64,000 nucleotides of DNA from SAR86 cluster bacterium. Lineage in GTDB: Bacteria; Pseudomonadota; Gammaproteobacteria; Pseudomonadales; Pseudohongiellaceae. The translations under genes and the position numbers were made by a program. Shown in pieces: positions 43,733 to 55,293 of the stretch. The notes under the pieces are model-generated. The model did no database searches. It was given only the letters and a program-made list of their open reading frames with translations, and was not told the DNA's origin. Where the stretch lies: the NCBI GenBank assembly GCA_002402175.1, contig NVVJ01000011.1:610-64609 (forward strand), written 5' to 3'. How positions within the stretch are numbered: the stretch's first letter is position 1; every line of letters begins with the position of its first letter.

Positions 43733-46225
43733 CTACATTGTTCGTATTTGTGTGTAATCAGTATATCCAAGGAGTATTTTCTCTATACCGTCTTGCTTGC
43801 GAGTACGCATACCATCCTCTATAGCCGCCATATGTATTTCTGATGCAGGAGCACGCCTTAAAATCATTTTTTTGATATCTGACGAGCTCATCAGTAATTC
43901 ATGAACTCCCATTCTTCCGCGATAGCCAGCATCCAAGCAATCAAGGCAACCTGGCGCTTTATATAAGGTGAATTCTCCTTTCTGAGTAAAGTCTTTCTCC
44001 CAATCTTCAAGTTGTTTCATAACATCTTCGTCACGAGGATCTGATCGTGATCCATCGGGTATTAACTCGCGGCAATATTCTACAGCCAGAAACTCCAACT
44101 CTCGTTGCTCTGGTTTGTAAGGCTTTTTACACGATGTACACAGTGTTTTTGTCAGCCGTTGAGATAACACACCTATCATAGAATCAGCAAAATTAAATGG
44201 ATCCATTCCCATATCAAGCAAGCGAATGACACTCTCAGCTGCGCTATTGGTATGCAAAGTCGACAGTACCAAATGGCCGGTAAGAGACGCTTCAATTGCT
44301 GTCGAAGCCGTTTCTTTATCTCGCATTTCGCCAATCATTATGATGTCGGGGTCAGCACGAAGAAAAGCACGCATGGCACCGGAAAATGTCATTCCAACCT
44401 TTTCATTAACTTCTACCTGGCGCAACCCTGGCTGGGTAATTTCCACTGGATCTTCAGCTGTCCAGATTTTGCGCTCAGTTGCATTCAGGTAATTTAAAAC
44501 TGAATGTAAGGTGGTACTTTTACCCGAACCGGTAGGGCCACATACTAAAAAGAGCCCGTGAGGTCGGGATATTCCATCTAAAAGCTTATCCAGGTTTTTA
44601 CTACTCAGGCCAATAGCATTCACTGGCATACATTTTCCACCGCTCAGGATACGAATAACTACATCTTCGATACCGCCGGCGGTGGGAATAGTGGCGACAC
44701 GCAATTCGATATCAATGGGTGAAAAATGCCGGAAATTAATCTTTCCGTCCTGAGGCTTGTACTTATTCGAAATATCCAGATGGGACATAACTTTTATCCT
44801 GGATACAAATACCGCTCTATATTTAGCTGGAAACTTATAATACGTTGAAAGTACGCCATCTTTACGAAATCGAACTATCAATTTCTGCTTACCCTGGCCC
44901 GGCTCTATGTGTATGTCTGACACTTTCTGTCGATACGCATCCTCAATAATTTTATTGACGATTCGCACAATAACATTGTCCGTTACCTGGGACGTTTCAG
45001 CTGCTGAGAAAATACTGGAATCGTAGGAATCATCTTCCTCGGCGTCCATATCCTCTTCGTCGTAGTCCGCTATGGTTGATTCAATATCTTCAGAAGAATA
45101 ATAAAACTGCAGGGCCCAGTTAATGTCTTCCGGCGAAGCCATTACCGGTTCTACGTACTTATTAATGTTAAAACTGAGTGCGTCGGTGACCTGCCAGTCC
45201 ATCGGGTTCTCAATGGCTACTACGATTTTCCCTTCGTAAACATATAAGGGCACAACTTTATGCTTGAACGCTATAGCTGCTGTTAATACTCGAATTACTT
45301 CAGGGTCAACAATAAACTCTCTGAGATTTACGAAAGGAATACCTAATTTCTTGGCAAGGCTTTGCTGAATTTCGTCTTTATCAATAACACCGCGGCTAAC
45401 CAGTATTTCGCCAAGCGCACTTTTCCGTTTCTTCTTTTGCTCTTTTAAAGCTTCCTGAAGCTGAGCTTCTGTAACCAAATTTTCAGATAGAAGAATTTCA
45501 CCAAGCTTCAAATTAGGCATATTCTTCTGACGAGAAAGAGCATTTTCCAATTCGTCCGCATCAACAATTTTTTGATTAACCAGGTAATCACCGATTAATC
45601 GAGATCGTTCGTTCTGTTGATCTTTTAACGCTGTCTCCAACGACTCTTTAGAAATTTGTTTTTCCTGCACCAGCAAATCACCAATTTGCCCGCCAATGAT
45701 ATGGCTTTCAATGGCGACGTTGGATACAAAAAGATGGGTGCAGTAGCGCCATTTTCGACCTACTTTAGTTTGTTCGTAAAAGTGAATGCCGTTTTTATCT
45801 GCTCTTGAACCGAAAGTTTTTCCGCTAATTTCCGTACGGTCCTTGAAAAATACTTCAAAGGACCTAGAGGCTGTATCGACATTAATTCCCTTACGCTTTT
45901 CTTCAGTGCCGTGGTTTTCTATCATTAGCTGATAGGGCTTTTCAAGACGCATAAGTTTTATAGCGCCCATTCCGATATCAATGGGCACCGTGGCACGCGG
46001 CTCTAAAATAGTAATGATTTCTGTCGCCGCACAAAACTGTAATAATTTACCCTTGGTGCGAGTATTGTTATTAAGCTCAATGGTGACTGCTGTATTGGTG
46101 TATTCGGGGCCTTCGTCCACTTCTGAGAAAGGAGGTGGCTGGAGATCAATCTTCATAGACACTAGTGCATCTGACGTGCCCTGGTTTTCAGGAGTCTCAG
46201 TTGATATAGCAGAGTCGGTTTGCAT
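43733..46225 (-). CDS. Orphan 830-aa GspE-family ATPase with an extended N-terminus (unknown domain plus four MshEN-like motifs)
   Basis: Walker A GPTGSGKST, Walker B DPDIIMIGEMRD, His box GHLVLSTLHTNSA, CTSCKK...CLDCLDAGYRGR. Residues ~180-293 hold four tandem 24-mer motifs. Residues 1-179 are unassigned. Confidence 0.85.
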   Translation of the reverse strand: MQTDSAISTETPENQGTSDALVSMKIDLQPPPFSEVDEGPEYTNTAVTIELNNNTRTKGKLLQFCAATEIITILEPRATVPIDIGMGAIKLMRLEKPYQLMIENHGTEEKRKGINVDTASRSFEVFFKDRTEISGKTFGSRADKNGIHFYEQTKVGRKWRYCTHLFVSNVAIESHIIGGQIGDLLVQEKQISKESLETALKDQQNERSRLIGDYLVNQKIVDADELENALSRQKNMPNLKLGEILLSENLVTEAQLQEALKEQKKKRKSALGEILVSRGVIDKDEIQQSLAKKLGIPFVNLREFIVDPEVIRVLTAAIAFKHKVVPLYVYEGKIVVAIENPMDWQVTDALSFNINKYVEPVMASPEDINWALQFYYSSEDIESTIADYDEEDMDAEEDDSYDSSIFSAAETSQVTDNVIVRIVNKIIEDAYRQKVSDIHIEPGQGKQKLIVRFRKDGVLSTYYKFPAKYRAVFVSRIKVMSHLDISNKYKPQDGKINFRHFSPIDIELRVATIPTAGGIEDVVIRILSGGKCMPVNAIGLSSKNLDKLLDGISRPHGLFLVCGPTGSGKSTTLHSVLNYLNATERKIWTAEDPVEITQPGLRQVEVNEKVGMTFSGAMRAFLRADPDIIMIGEMRDKETASTAIEASLTGHLVLSTLHTNSAAESVIRLLDMGMDPFNFADSMIGVLSQRLTKTLCTSCKKPYKPEQRELEFLAVEYCRELIPDGSRSDPRDEDVMKQLEDWEKDFTQKGEFTLYKAPGCLDCLDAGYRGRMGVHELLMSSSDIKKMILRRAPASEIHMAAIEDGMRTRKQDGIEKILLGYTDYTQIRTM

Positions 46226-46498
46226 GCCTTTGCCTCAGTTCGTGCTTATCACAGTAATAGCCAATAATAAATATAGCATTCAACATCTTGAGACAGTGTA
46301 TATGTGCCGTGTCGAATTGACTACACAGCCTAATGCTAGGTGAGTATCTCAGGACAAATCGCTGATTACTTTAGCAGGAATTGGAATTCTGTACAATTTA
46401 CCCAATCAGCAGGGCTTAAGCATACAGCCATGCTGTATAGATACTGAGACGTCCTTAGCAAGAAATTGAATTTCCTTTCCTTTCTATTACATTACATT

Positions 46499-47680
46499 CT
46501 ATTGTGAAGAATAAACCGATTTTGCAGCTGCAGTCGCCCTGGCTGAACTTGCATCCATACCAGAGTCAGTCAATACGTTACCCAAAGCTGACAAGCAAAA
46601 AAGGACATTTTTCCTATTACTCGCGAAGCCCATTAGACCAATTCTCCAAACACTGCCTGCAAGTGCACCAAGACCCGCTCCAATTTCTAGACTGTAATCA
46701 TTTAGTAATGCCGACCGCACGCTTGCATCATCGATCGAGTCTGGAAAAGAAACAGCATTTAGTTGTGGTAGCCGATAGTCCTCTTCAACTACAAAGGATA
46801 AGCCAAGCGCCTCTATGCCCGCGGCAAATGCCTGATAGTTTAATGCATGACGATCCCATGCATTCTCTAAACCTTCTTCCTGAAGAATTACTAATGATTC
46901 ATGCAATGCATACAGCGAATTTACTGGTGCGGTGTGATGGTATGATCTTTTTGCATCCGAGCCCCAGTACCCCATGACCAAATTCAGGTCCAGGAACCAG
47001 CTTTGTACTTTTGTTTTTCGATTCTGAATAACTTTGGCGGCCCTTTCAGAAAAAGAAACCGGAGATAGACCTGGAACACAGGAGAGACATTTTTGTGTAC
47101 CGGAATAAATCGCGTCTATTCCCCAATCATCAACTTTTAACTCTATTCCACCTAATGATGTCACTGCATCTACTATCGACAGGCAATCATTTTTTGCTGC
47201 CAGTTCGCATAAAACTTTAACGTCGGAACGTACGCCCGTTGATGTTTCTGCGTGCACAAACGCTAGCGCTTTTGCGTCTGGGTTCTCCGTTAATGCCTTC
47301 TCTACTTTCTCAACGCTAACCGTACAGCCCCACTGATCCTCAACCATAATGGCTTCAGCCGAACAACGCTCAACATTCTCTTTCATCCGAGATCCAAATA
47401 CGCCGTTCTGACATACAATTACTTTATCGCCAGGCTCTAATAAGTTGGTAAAAACTGTTTCCATTCCAGCAGAACCGGGAGCAGATACTGGCAACGTTAG
47501 TTTGTTATCAGTCTGAAACGCATATTGTAGTAATTCCTTGGTCTCATCCATCATCTGAATAAATGCAGGATCCAGATGGCCTATTGTAGGCCTGGAAAGC
47601 GCTTCCAAAACACGTGGATTTACATCGGATGGACCCGGGCCCATTAAAGTTCGAACAGGTGGATGAAATGAATTTGTCAT
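46499..47680 (-). CDS. Class V aminotransferase (alanine/serine-glyoxylate aminotransferase family)
   Basis: 393 aa. PLP-Lys context [13 protein letters not shown]-like N-terminus [16 protein letters not shown]. Confidence 0.8.
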   Translation of the reverse strand: MTNSFHPPVRTLMGPGPSDVNPRVLEALSRPTIGHLDPAFIQMMDETKELLQYAFQTDNKLTLPVSAPGSAGMETVFTNLLEPGDKVIVCQNGVFGSRMKENVERCSAEAIMVEDQWGCTVSVEKVEKALTENPDAKALAFVHAETSTGVRSDVKVLCELAAKNDCLSIVDAVTSLGGIELKVDDWGIDAIYSGTQKCLSCVPGLSPVSFSERAAKVIQNRKTKVQSWFLDLNLVMGYWGSDAKRSYHHTAPVNSLYALHESLVILQEEGLENAWDRHALNYQAFAAGIEALGLSFVVEEDYRLPQLNAVSFPDSIDDASVRSALLNDYSLEIGAGLGALAGSVWRIGLMGFASNRKNVLFCLSALGNVLTDSGMDASSARATAAAKSVYSSQ

Positions 47681-47704
47681 TTTTAACCCCTTGATTTTTT
47701 ATAC

Positions 47705-47733
47705 AAAAAAGCCGAGAACAACTCGGCTTTTTA
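47705..47733 (-). terminator. Rho-independent terminator ending the alpha operon after rplQ
   Basis: AAAAAA-GCCGAG-aacaa-CTCGGC-TTTTT, a perfect GC-rich stem followed by a U-run on the minus strand. Confidence 0.75.
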
Positions 47734-47757
47734 AAACATTTTATTTCTTCGTAGCGG

Positions 47758-48156
47758 TTAAGCTTCTGCTGCTTCTTCGTCTTGCTCGGGTTCCCTTATA
47801 GGACGATCGACCAATTCAACATAAGCCATTGTTGCTTTATCGCCTGCTCGCTCGCCACATTTAAGAATGCGAATGTAGCCACCTGGACGATCTTTATAGC
47901 GTGGGCCTATTTCATTAAAAAGTTTACCCACAATAGACTTACTACGAGTTCGACTAAATGCAAGTCGGCGATTTGCCACACTGTCATTTTTCGCTAAAGT
48001 AATCAAAGGCTCAGCTACCGACCTTAGCTCTTTGGCCTTAATCAGTGTTGTTTTGATAATCTCATGCTCGACTAATGAAATAGTCATATTTCGAAACATG
48101 GCTTTTCGATGCGAACTATTTCGATTTAGTTGGCGACCGCTTTGACGATGACGCAT
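47758..48156 (-). CDS. rplQ: 50S ribosomal protein L17
   Basis: [21 protein letters not shown]-terminus and position after rpoA. Confidence 0.97.
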   Translation of the reverse strand: MRHRQSGRQLNRNSSHRKAMFRNMTISLVEHEIIKTTLIKAKELRSVAEPLITLAKNDSVANRRLAFSRTRSKSIVGKLFNEIGPRYKDRPGGYIRILKCGERAGDKATMAYVELVDRPIREPEQDEEAAEA

Positions 48157-48208
48157 AACTCTTTACCTTATTTATTCTAACTAGATCAGACTGTGTATTT
48201 TAGTTTAC

Positions 48209-49207
48209 TCAGGCTGCCCGATCATCTGATTTAAGACTGGATGGAGGCCAATTTTCAAGACGCAGACCTAAGGAAAGCCCTCGAGTAGCTAGCACATCCT
48301 TAATTTCTGTTAGAGACTTTTTACCCAAATTTGGAGTCTTTAATAATTCTACTTCCGTACGCTGAATAAGGTCGCCGATATAGTAAATATCTTCAGCCTT
48401 TAAGCAATTTGCGGAACGTACAGTTAATTCAAGATCATCAACTGGGCGAAGTAAAATTGGATCAATTTCATCTTCACGCTCTTCTGGCTCAGCAATAATT
48501 TCGCTCTGCAAGTCAACGAAAACAGCTAGCTGATGCTGAAGTATTGTTGCAGCACGCCTAATTGCTTCTTCCGGATCAATAGTTCCGTTTGTTTCCAGAT
48601 CAATAATCAATTTATCAAGATTAGTTCGCTGCTCTACACGAGCACTTTCAACAGAATACGACACTCTGCTTACAGGGCTATAGGAAGCGTCTAATACTAG
48701 CTTTCCAACTGATCTGGTTTCGTCGTCTTCCGAAACGCGGCTGTCTGCAGGTGAATAGCCCCTGCCTTTACGTACTGTTAATCTCATATTGAGCGAACCA
48801 TTGTCATTCAGGTGCGCTATAACATGATCAGGATTGATGATTTCTACATCGTGATCTACAACGATATCACCAGCGGTTACCGTACCAGAACCACTTTTGG
48901 ACAAGTTAAGAACAACTTCGTCCTTGTTATTCAGTACAATAGCTACGCCTTTCAAATTGAGAAGAATTTCAATTACATCCTCTCTAACACCTTCGATAGT
49001 GCTGTATTCATGGACAACACCATCGATTTCGACTTCCTCGATAGCGCAACCAGGCATTGAAGAAAGTAGTATTCGTCGCAGCGCGTTTCCAAGCGTATGG
49101 CCAAAGCCTCGCTCTAATGGTTCCAAAACCACTTTGGAGTGACACTTGTTGAATTCATCAACTTGTATCACTTGTGGTGTTAAAAAATCTGATAAAGAAA
49201 TTTGCAT
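48209..49207 (-). CDS. rpoA: DNA-directed RNA polymerase alpha subunit
   Basis: [18 protein letters not shown]...[26 protein letters not shown] 49207 gives 332 aa. The track ORF start at 49324 would overlap rpsD. Confidence 0.97.
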   Translation of the reverse strand: MQISLSDFLTPQVIQVDEFNKCHSKVVLEPLERGFGHTLGNALRRILLSSMPGCAIEEVEIDGVVHEYSTIEGVREDVIEILLNLKGVAIVLNNKDEVVLNLSKSGSGTVTAGDIVVDHDVEIINPDHVIAHLNDNGSLNMRLTVRKGRGYSPADSRVSEDDETRSVGKLVLDASYSPVSRVSYSVESARVEQRTNLDKLIIDLETNGTIDPEEAIRRAATILQHQLAVFVDLQSEIIAEPEEREDEIDPILLRPVDDLELTVRSANCLKAEDIYYIGDLIQRTEVELLKTPNLGKKSLTEIKDVLATRGLSLGLRLENWPPSSLKSDDRAA

Positions 49208-49235
49208 GTAATCTACCCTTTGTGTGATTAAGTCA

Positions 49236-49856
49236 CTACTTGGAATATAGCTCGACGATAAGGCTCTCATTGATCTCTTGTGGTAAATCTTCTCGCTCAG
49301 GCTTGCGAGTAAACTGACCTTCAAGTTTATTCTGATCTACTGAAACCCAATCTATCGGATTACGCTGAGAAGCTAATTCCAACGCTGATTTAATTCGTAA
49401 CTGCTCTTTGGCTTTCTGTCGAATGGCTACCGCGTCACCTTCAGAAACCTGATATGACGCTATGTTTACAACATCACCATTAACAGTAATTGATTTGTGA
49501 GCTACCAACTGCCGCGATTCAGCACGGGTCGAACCAAACCCCATTCTATAAACGACATTATCAAGACGGCATTCAAGAAGCTGTAACAAGTTTTCGCCTG
49601 TTGCACCCTTCTGGCGCGCAGCCTCTTTATAGTATCCGCGGAATTGCTTCTCCAGAACGCCATATATCCTTCTGACTTTCTGCTTCTCACGAAGCTGTAC
49701 ACCGTAGTCAGATAAACGACCACGACGAGCACCATGTTGGCCTGGAATAGTGTCAGCCTTACATTTGCTGTCAAGCGGACGAACACCACTCTTCAGAAAC
49801 AAATCAGTTCCTTCACGGCGGGATAACTTACATTTTGGGCCTAAATAGCGGGCCAT
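49236..49856 (-). CDS. rpsD: 30S ribosomal protein S4
   Basis: [23 protein letters not shown]. Confidence 0.97.
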   Translation of the reverse strand: MARYLGPKCKLSRREGTDLFLKSGVRPLDSKCKADTIPGQHGARRGRLSDYGVQLREKQKVRRIYGVLEKQFRGYYKEAARQKGATGENLLQLLECRLDNVVYRMGFGSTRAESRQLVAHKSITVNGDVVNIASYQVSEGDAVAIRQKAKEQLRIKSALELASQRNPIDWVSVDQNKLEGQFTRKPEREDLPQEINESLIVELYSK

Positions 49857-49875
49857 AGTCTATCTCCTGATATTG

Positions 49876-50271
49876 TTAAACCCGACGCTTCTTCGGGGGT
49901 CTGCAACCATTATGTGGTATTGGGGTAACGTCAGTAATGTTTCCAACTTTAAGTCCACAGTTATTAAGTGCTCTTACAGCTGATTCACGGCCTGGGCCTG
50001 GGCCATTTACTTTTACGTCCAGATTCTGCAAGCCATAAAGTTCAATAGCTGATTTTCCAGCTTTCTCAGCAGCAACCTGCGCAGCGAAAGGAGTACTTTT
50101 ACGAGAGCCGCGAAATCCGGACCCTCCCGCAGTAGCCCAACTCAATGCATTACCCTGACGATCTGTGATCGTAATGATGGTGTTATTAAAGGACGCATGG
50201 ATAAATGCAATGCCATCAATAACGGCTGAGCGTGATTTTTTCTTGGTAGCTTTCACTGCTGGCTTGGCCAT
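49876..50271 (-). CDS. rpsK: 30S ribosomal protein S11
   Basis: [26 protein letters not shown]. Confidence 0.97.
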   Translation of the reverse strand: MAKPAVKATKKKSRSAVIDGIAFIHASFNNTIITITDRQGNALSWATAGGSGFRGSRKSTPFAAQVAAEKAGKSAIELYGLQNLDVKVNGPGPGRESAVRALNNCGLKVGNITDVTPIPHNGCRPPKKRRV

Positions 50272-50334
50272 AAATTATTCCATCTAACTCTATTTTCTAA
50301 CGTTCCAACAAATTACGTTATATTTAAGTTTCTG

Positions 50335-50691
50335 TTACTTGCGAATAGGTTTGCGAGGACCTTTACGGGTTCTGGCATTAGTCTTAGTACGTTGTCCACG
50401 CACAGGCAATGAACGGCGATGACGTATTCCTCGGTTACATCCCAGGTCCATCAAGCGCTTAATATTCATTGAAATTTCGCGCCTCAAATCACCTTCAGTA
50501 GTGACATTAGCTACTTCTGCGCGAATGCTATCCAGTTGTTCTGGGTCTAGCTCACTGGTTCTGATCGAAGGTGTAATTCCAGTCTTCTCACAAATTGCGC
50601 TTGCTATAGTAGGACCAATCCCAAAAACATAGCGTAATGAAATTACAATATGCTTGTTATCAGGTATGTTGACTCCGGCAATACGTGCCAT
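50335..50691 (-). CDS. rpsM: 30S ribosomal protein S13
   Basis: [26 protein letters not shown]. Confidence 0.97.
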   Translation of the reverse strand: MARIAGVNIPDNKHIVISLRYVFGIGPTIASAICEKTGITPSIRTSELDPEQLDSIRAEVANVTTEGDLRREISMNIKRLMDLGCNRGIRHRRSLPVRGQRTKTNARTRKGPRKPIRK

Positions 50692-50746
50692 AAAAGTGCT
50701 CCGCTCTCTTTATTCGATCCAATCGGCCATTTACTCTGGCCTGGTT

Positions 50747-50863
50747 TTAACCCTGACGTTGTTTATGCCTAGGTTCTGATTTACAAATCACTCTAACTGC
50801 ACCGTGTCGTTTAATAATTTTACAATTCCGGCAGATCTTCTTAACAGATGCTCTTACTTTCAT
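50747..50863 (-). CDS. rpmJ: 50S ribosomal protein L36 (zinc-ribbon form)
   Basis: Own translation: [38 protein letters not shown]. Absent from the ORF track because it is too short. Lies between secY and rpsM. Confidence 0.95.
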   Translation of the reverse strand: MKVRASVKKICRNCKIIKRHGAVRVICKSEPRHKQRQG

Positions 50864-50950
50864 CGTTACTCTCCGATATTCCTGATTAGAAACTTAACTA
50901 AGCTCAAGCCAGGGTAATGAAATTCTTTATACTTGCGGTAATACCGCTAC

Positions 50951-52276
50951 TTATATGCCACTACGGCCATAACTGCCCAATTTCGATTTTTTCATCAGGG
51001 AATCATATTGATGAGACATCAAATGTGATTGTACCTGTGACCAAAAATCCATGGTTACCACTACAGAAATCAGCAGCGCTGTACCACCCAAATTAAAAGG
51101 CACATTGGCAAACATCTGCATAAAATTCGGCAGCAAACACACCAACGTAATATACACAGCACCAAACATAGTTAACCTAGTTATAACGCCATCGATATAT
51201 TTGGCTGTATGCTCTCCCGGTCGTATTCCGGGAATAAAAGCACCTGAACGCTTCAAGTTTTCTGCTACGTCCCGCGGATTAAAAACCAGCGCTGTATAGA
51301 AAAAACAGAAGAACATAATCATTGCACTAAACACGATGATATATAGAGGCTGACCCGGGCCTATCAGGAAAGCCAGTTCCTGTAACCATTCTGAGCCATC
51401 GGATTGTCCAAACCAGTTCGCGATAGAAGCAGGAAACAATAAAATACTACTGGCAAAAATCGCCGGAATAACACCTGCCATATTTATCTTTAAAGGCAAA
51501 TGACTCGCCTGCGCCTGATATAACTTTCGCCCTTGCTGACGCTTGGCATAATTTACCGTAATACGACGCTGCGCTCTTTCGATATAGACAATCATTGCTA
51601 TCACAGCGATGGCAATCACACCTACAACCAGCAACAGAATGCCGTTAATCTGACCTTCATAAGCCTGCGTTAGCGAGGTTCCAATAGCCGCTGGAAAACC
51701 TGCAACGATGCCTGCAAAAATAAGCATGGAAATACCGTTTCCAATGCCTTTTTCTGTAATTTGCTCACCCAGCCACATCAAGAACATTGCACCGGTAACT
51801 AAAGAAACAATCGCTGTAAGGTTAAACGCAATACCAGGCGCATAAGCCATTGGCGCTAACAACCCAACCGTCATGCCTGTACCCTGTACGGTAGCTAACA
51901 CAAGCGCACCATAGCGTGTGTACTGAGAAATTTTACGACGACCTGATTCGCCTTCTTTCTTAAGCTGATCAAGCTGTGGACTCACAGCCGAAAGCAGTTG
52001 CATAATAATAGACGCGGAAATATAAGGCATAATTCCAAGAGCTAAAATGCTCATTCTTTCAAGAGCACCACCACCAAACATATTTATCATGTCGGTGAAT
52101 GTACCTTCCTGTGAAGAGAAGAAAGCCGCTAGCTGCAATGGGTCAATGCCAGGAACAGGTATGTGAGTACCAATTCGATACACAAACAATGCAAACAGCA
52201 AAAACAATAGACGTGACTTCAACTCACCAAGCCCGGCGCCTATATTTTCTGGATTAATGTTTGGTTTATTTGCCAT
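50951..52276 (-). CDS. secY: Preprotein translocase subunit SecY
   Basis: 441 aa, 10 TM segments, [30 protein letters not shown]. Confidence 0.97.
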   Translation of the reverse strand: MANKPNINPENIGAGLGELKSRLLFLLFALFVYRIGTHIPVPGIDPLQLAAFFSSQEGTFTDMINMFGGGALERMSILALGIMPYISASIIMQLLSAVSPQLDQLKKEGESGRRKISQYTRYGALVLATVQGTGMTVGLLAPMAYAPGIAFNLTAIVSLVTGAMFLMWLGEQITEKGIGNGISMLIFAGIVAGFPAAIGTSLTQAYEGQINGILLLVVGVIAIAVIAMIVYIERAQRRITVNYAKRQQGRKLYQAQASHLPLKINMAGVIPAIFASSILLFPASIANWFGQSDGSEWLQELAFLIGPGQPLYIIVFSAMIMFFCFFYTALVFNPRDVAENLKRSGAFIPGIRPGEHTAKYIDGVITRLTMFGAVYITLVCLLPNFMQMFANVPFNLGGTALLISVVVTMDFWSQVQSHLMSHQYDSLMKKSKLGSYGRSGI

Positions 52277-52299
52277 TATCTTTATTCAGTTATTACTGC

Positions 52300-52896
52300 T
52301 TATTCTTTATCTGCTTTCTTATCTGCCGCAGGCTTTTCTTCAACTACTGCAGCCTCGACCTTTGGCTTTGCCGCTTTTTTTCGGGCAGGCTTCTTGACCG
52401 TTTCTTTAGCTTCTACTTTAGCTACTTCTTTTTTAACTAATTTGCCTTTCTTTACTGGTTCGTCTTCGACGATTTTTCCACCAGCTGACTCTATTGCGGC
52501 TCGAGCACCTTTTGTAACTCCGATGCCTTGTAAGGTAAGCGATTTACTGATTTCGCCTGAAAGCATTACCTTAACTCGCTTAATATTTGCTGTGACCAAA
52601 TTGGCCTTACGTAATACTTCAATATCAATCACATCTGCATCTAGCTTATTAAGTTCTGAAGTACGAACTTCTGCAGAGACTCGTCCTATACGAGAGCTGA
52701 AACCATATTTTGGCAAACGCATTTGTAAAGGCATTTGGCCGCCTTCAAAACCAGGACGTATAGAACCACCACTTCGAGACTTTTGCCCCTTATGACCAGT
52801 ACCACATGTTTTTCCTGATCCGCTACCGATGCCGCGACCAACGCGTTTTCTCGCTTTGGTGCTACCTGGAGCTGGACTCAATCTATTTAATTCCAT
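52300..52896 (-). CDS. rplO: 50S ribosomal protein L15 with a ~54-aa Lys/Ala/Glu-rich C-terminal extension
   Basis: Canonical L15 core up to ...[14 protein letters not shown], followed by [54 protein letters not shown]. Confidence 0.95.
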   Translation of the reverse strand: MELNRLSPAPGSTKARKRVGRGIGSGSGKTCGTGHKGQKSRSGGSIRPGFEGGQMPLQMRLPKYGFSSRIGRVSAEVRTSELNKLDADVIDIEVLRKANLVTANIKRVKVMLSGEISKSLTLQGIGVTKGARAAIESAGGKIVEDEPVKKGKLVKKEVAKVEAKETVKKPARKKAAKPKVEAAVVEEKPAADKKADKE

Positions 52897-52906
52897 ATCG
52901 ATTTCC

Positions 52907-53086
52907 TCAGTCTACGGCAAGCATGTAGCTAATTTTATTAATCATTCCGCGCACCGCAGGTGTATCTTCAACCTCTACAGATTGATGCATACGCCTTAAG
53001 CCCAAACCTTTAACGCAGAGCTTGTGCCTGGGAAGTGCGCCGATAGGGCTGCGTACTAATGTAATTTTGACTGTTTTCTTCGCCAT
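52907..53086 (-). CDS. rpmD: 50S ribosomal protein L30
   Basis: Own translation: [59 protein letters not shown]. Absent from the ORF track. Confidence 0.95.
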   Translation of the reverse strand: MAKKTVKITLVRSPIGALPRHKLCVKGLGLRRMHQSVEVEDTPAVRGMINKISYMLAVD

Positions 53087-53090
53087 CTTC

Positions 53091-53600
53091 CTAACCTACT
53101 ATTTCTTCAACCGACTTGCCGCGCTTCATGGCAATGTCTTCTGGGGAACGCATTTGTTGTAAGCCTTTAAAGGTTGCTCGCACAACATTTACAGGATTAG
53201 TTGAGCCATAGCACTTGGCCAATACATTCTGAACACCAGCTAATTCCAGGATTGAGCGCATTGCGCCACCGGCAATTACGCCTGTACCCTCGGATGCTGG
53301 CTGCATGTAAATCTTTGAAGCTCCATGCCTGGCTTTAATTGGATACTGCAAGGTATGGCCGTCAAGGTTTACTGTAATCATGTTGCGACGAGCAGCTTCC
53401 ATGGCTTTCTGAATTGCCAAAGGAACTTCACGAGCTTTGCCACGACCAAAGCCAACACGACCGTTGCCATCACCCACAGCTGTTAGCGCAGTAAAACCAA
53501 AAATTCGCCCACCCTTAACAACCTTAGCCACTCGGTTAACTTGAATCAGTTTTTCCTGAAGGCCTTCTTCGTTCTTATTGGGATCGTCTCTAAATGCCAT
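53091..53600 (-). CDS. rpsE: 30S ribosomal protein S5
   Basis: [35 protein letters not shown]. Confidence 0.97.
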   Translation of the reverse strand: MAFRDDPNKNEEGLQEKLIQVNRVAKVVKGGRIFGFTALTAVGDGNGRVGFGRGKAREVPLAIQKAMEAARRNMITVNLDGHTLQYPIKARHGASKIYMQPASEGTGVIAGGAMRSILELAGVQNVLAKCYGSTNPVNVVRATFKGLQQMRSPEDIAMKRGKSVEEIVG

Positions 53601-53611
53601 ATCTGAAACCC

Positions 53612-53962
53612 TTAAAAGTCTAATCCGCCTTCACGAGCTGCATCGGCTAAAGCCTTAATGCGGCCATGATAGGCATAACCTGATCGATCAAAAGCAACTT
53701 TCTCAATTCCAGCTGCTTTAGCTCTTTCAGCGATTAATTTTCCAACTTTTCCTGCTGCATCGACGTTGCCGTTTTTATCACTCTTGACATCTTTTTCAAC
53801 AGTGGACGCGCTGGCTAGTATTTGATTACCTGCAGGCGAAATCACCTGAGCATAAATATGTCTCGGTGAACGATACACACAAAGGCGATTCATACGTAAC
53901 TCGCTAATCTTTGCTCTTGCTCTTTTTGCTCGCCTTAGGCGAGCTACTTTCTTAACACTCAT
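53612..53962 (-). CDS. rplR: 50S ribosomal protein L18
   Basis: [13 protein letters not shown]...[15 protein letters not shown]. Confidence 0.97.
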   Translation of the reverse strand: MSVKKVARLRRAKRARAKISELRMNRLCVYRSPRHIYAQVISPAGNQILASASTVEKDVKSDKNGNVDAAGKVGKLIAERAKAAGIEKVAFDRSGYAYHGRIKALADAAREGGLDF

Positions 53963-53972
53963 AGCTTATGCC

Positions 53973-54506
53973 TTATTTCTTCTTCGCTTCTTTTCTATAA
54001 ACACGTTCGTCAGCATAGCGAATTCCCTTGCCTTTATAAGGCTCAGGTGGACGAAATTTTCTGATTTCTGCTGCAACCTGCCCAACTAATTGCTTGTCCG
54101 CACCGGATACTACAATTTCGGTTTGTGATGGAGTTTCAACTGTCACTCCGTCAGGCAATTTATAATCAATAGGATGGGAATACCCAACCGTTAGATTTAC
54201 TGTATTACCCTGTGACTTCGCTCTGTAACCAACGCCCTGAAGTAGAAGTTTCTTTTCGTACCCGTGACTAACTCCGTAAACCATATTGTTAATCAGTGAA
54301 CGAAAAGTGCCGGCCAATGCATCAGCCTGCCTTGTTTTATCTTTTGCTGAAATTTTCAATATTCCATCATTTTCTGACACGACAACCAGTCGGTGCAAAG
54401 ACAACTGTAAGTTACCCTTGCTTCCCTTAACCGATATTTCAGAATCGCTTAATTTTGTTTCAACGCCTTTAGGTATTTCTACCGGGCTGTTCGCTACTCT
54501 TGACAT
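53973..54506 (-). CDS. rplF: 50S ribosomal protein L6
   Basis: MSRVANSPVEIPKGVE...GVGYRA. Confidence 0.97.
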   Translation of the reverse strand: MSRVANSPVEIPKGVETKLSDSEISVKGSKGNLQLSLHRLVVVSENDGILKISAKDKTRQADALAGTFRSLINNMVYGVSHGYEKKLLLQGVGYRAKSQGNTVNLTVGYSHPIDYKLPDGVTVETPSQTEIVVSGADKQLVGQVAAEIRKFRPPEPYKGKGIRYADERVYRKEAKKK

Positions 54507-54576
54507 AATTTTGCTCTATTCTTAACTTCAGTGCCTAACGACTTGTTACTAATACTCTAGCCTTGAAAAGTATCGA

Positions 54577-54972
54577 TCAGAAAACTGTACACAACACTTC
54601 ACCACCAATACCTGCGGCTTGTGCTTGCTTATCTGTCATCAAACCTTTGTTGGTAGAAACTATAGCTATTCCTAATCCAGCTCTGTTTTTAGGCAAATCT
54701 TCTTTACCTTTGTAGCTGCGTAAGCCTGGTCGGCTAACACGTTTAATCTCTTCTATTACTGGTTTGCCCTGATAATATTTCAGTTCAACATTGATTACAG
54801 GCTTGCCTGCATTTTCATCAACTTCATAACCAGTTATGTAACCTTCACTCTGCAATACTTCGCTTAAAGCCACCTTGATTTTAGATGAAGGCATAGCGAC
54901 ATTTGGTAATTGCGCCATCTGCGCATTGCGAATGCGAGTCAAAAAATCTGCTATTGGATCTGACATGCTCAT
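54577..54972 (-). CDS. rpsH: 30S ribosomal protein S8
   Basis: [20 protein letters not shown]. Confidence 0.97.
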   Translation of the reverse strand: MSMSDPIADFLTRIRNAQMAQLPNVAMPSSKIKVALSEVLQSEGYITGYEVDENAGKPVINVELKYYQGKPVIEEIKRVSRPGLRSYKGKEDLPKNRAGLGIAIVSTNKGLMTDKQAQAAGIGGEVLCTVF

Positions 54973-54986
54973 AATTGTTCTCCTGA

Positions 54987-55292
54987 CTACCAGCTTGCCT
55001 TAGTTAAACCAGGCACATCGCCTCGCATTGCTGCTTCACGCAATTTGTTACGACACAGCCCAAATTTTCGATAAACACCATGAGGTCGGCCTGTAATTTG
55101 GCATCGATTCCGCTGACGAACAGGGCTGGAATCACGCGGTAATTTTTGCCACTTTACCTGGGCTTCCCATCTCTCTTCATCACTGGCATTTACATCCTTA
55201 AGCACCGCTTTTATTGCAGCACGCTTGGCAGCATACTTCGCAACTGTTTTAGTGCGCTTAGCTTCTCTGGCTATCATTGAAGTTTTAGCCAT
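54987..55292 (-). CDS. rpsN: 30S ribosomal protein S14 (long form)
   Basis: [13 protein letters not shown]...[11 protein letters not shown]. Confidence 0.97.
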   Translation of the reverse strand: MAKTSMIAREAKRTKTVAKYAAKRAAIKAVLKDVNASDEERWEAQVKWQKLPRDSSPVRQRNRCQITGRPHGVYRKFGLCRNKLREAAMRGDVPGLTKASW

Positions 55293-55293
55293 C

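Noticed and set aside
46226-46498. Hairpin ATACAGC-cat-GCTGTAT and small ATTAC repeats in the 273-nt gap upstream of the orphan ATPase
   Set aside because: The 7-bp stem is not followed by a U-run on the minus strand and the repeats are only 5 nt. It may be a weak terminator for the aminotransferase gene, but the evidence is insufficient.
46504-46977. 157-aa plus-strand ORF, and similar long antisense ORFs (e.g. 27647-28081, 10972-11355, 52394-52795, 59205-59543)
   Set aside because: Each lies wholly antisense to a gene with strong family motifs (aminotransferase, histidine kinase, NhaC, L15, L2). Their Ser/Pro/Cys/Arg-rich, low-complexity composition is typical of shadow ORFs.
49208-49324. 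39-codon N-terminal extension of rpoA in the track ORF
   Set aside because: It would overlap the 3' end of rpsD. The canonical RpoA N-terminus [12 protein letters not shown] starts at ATG 49207.
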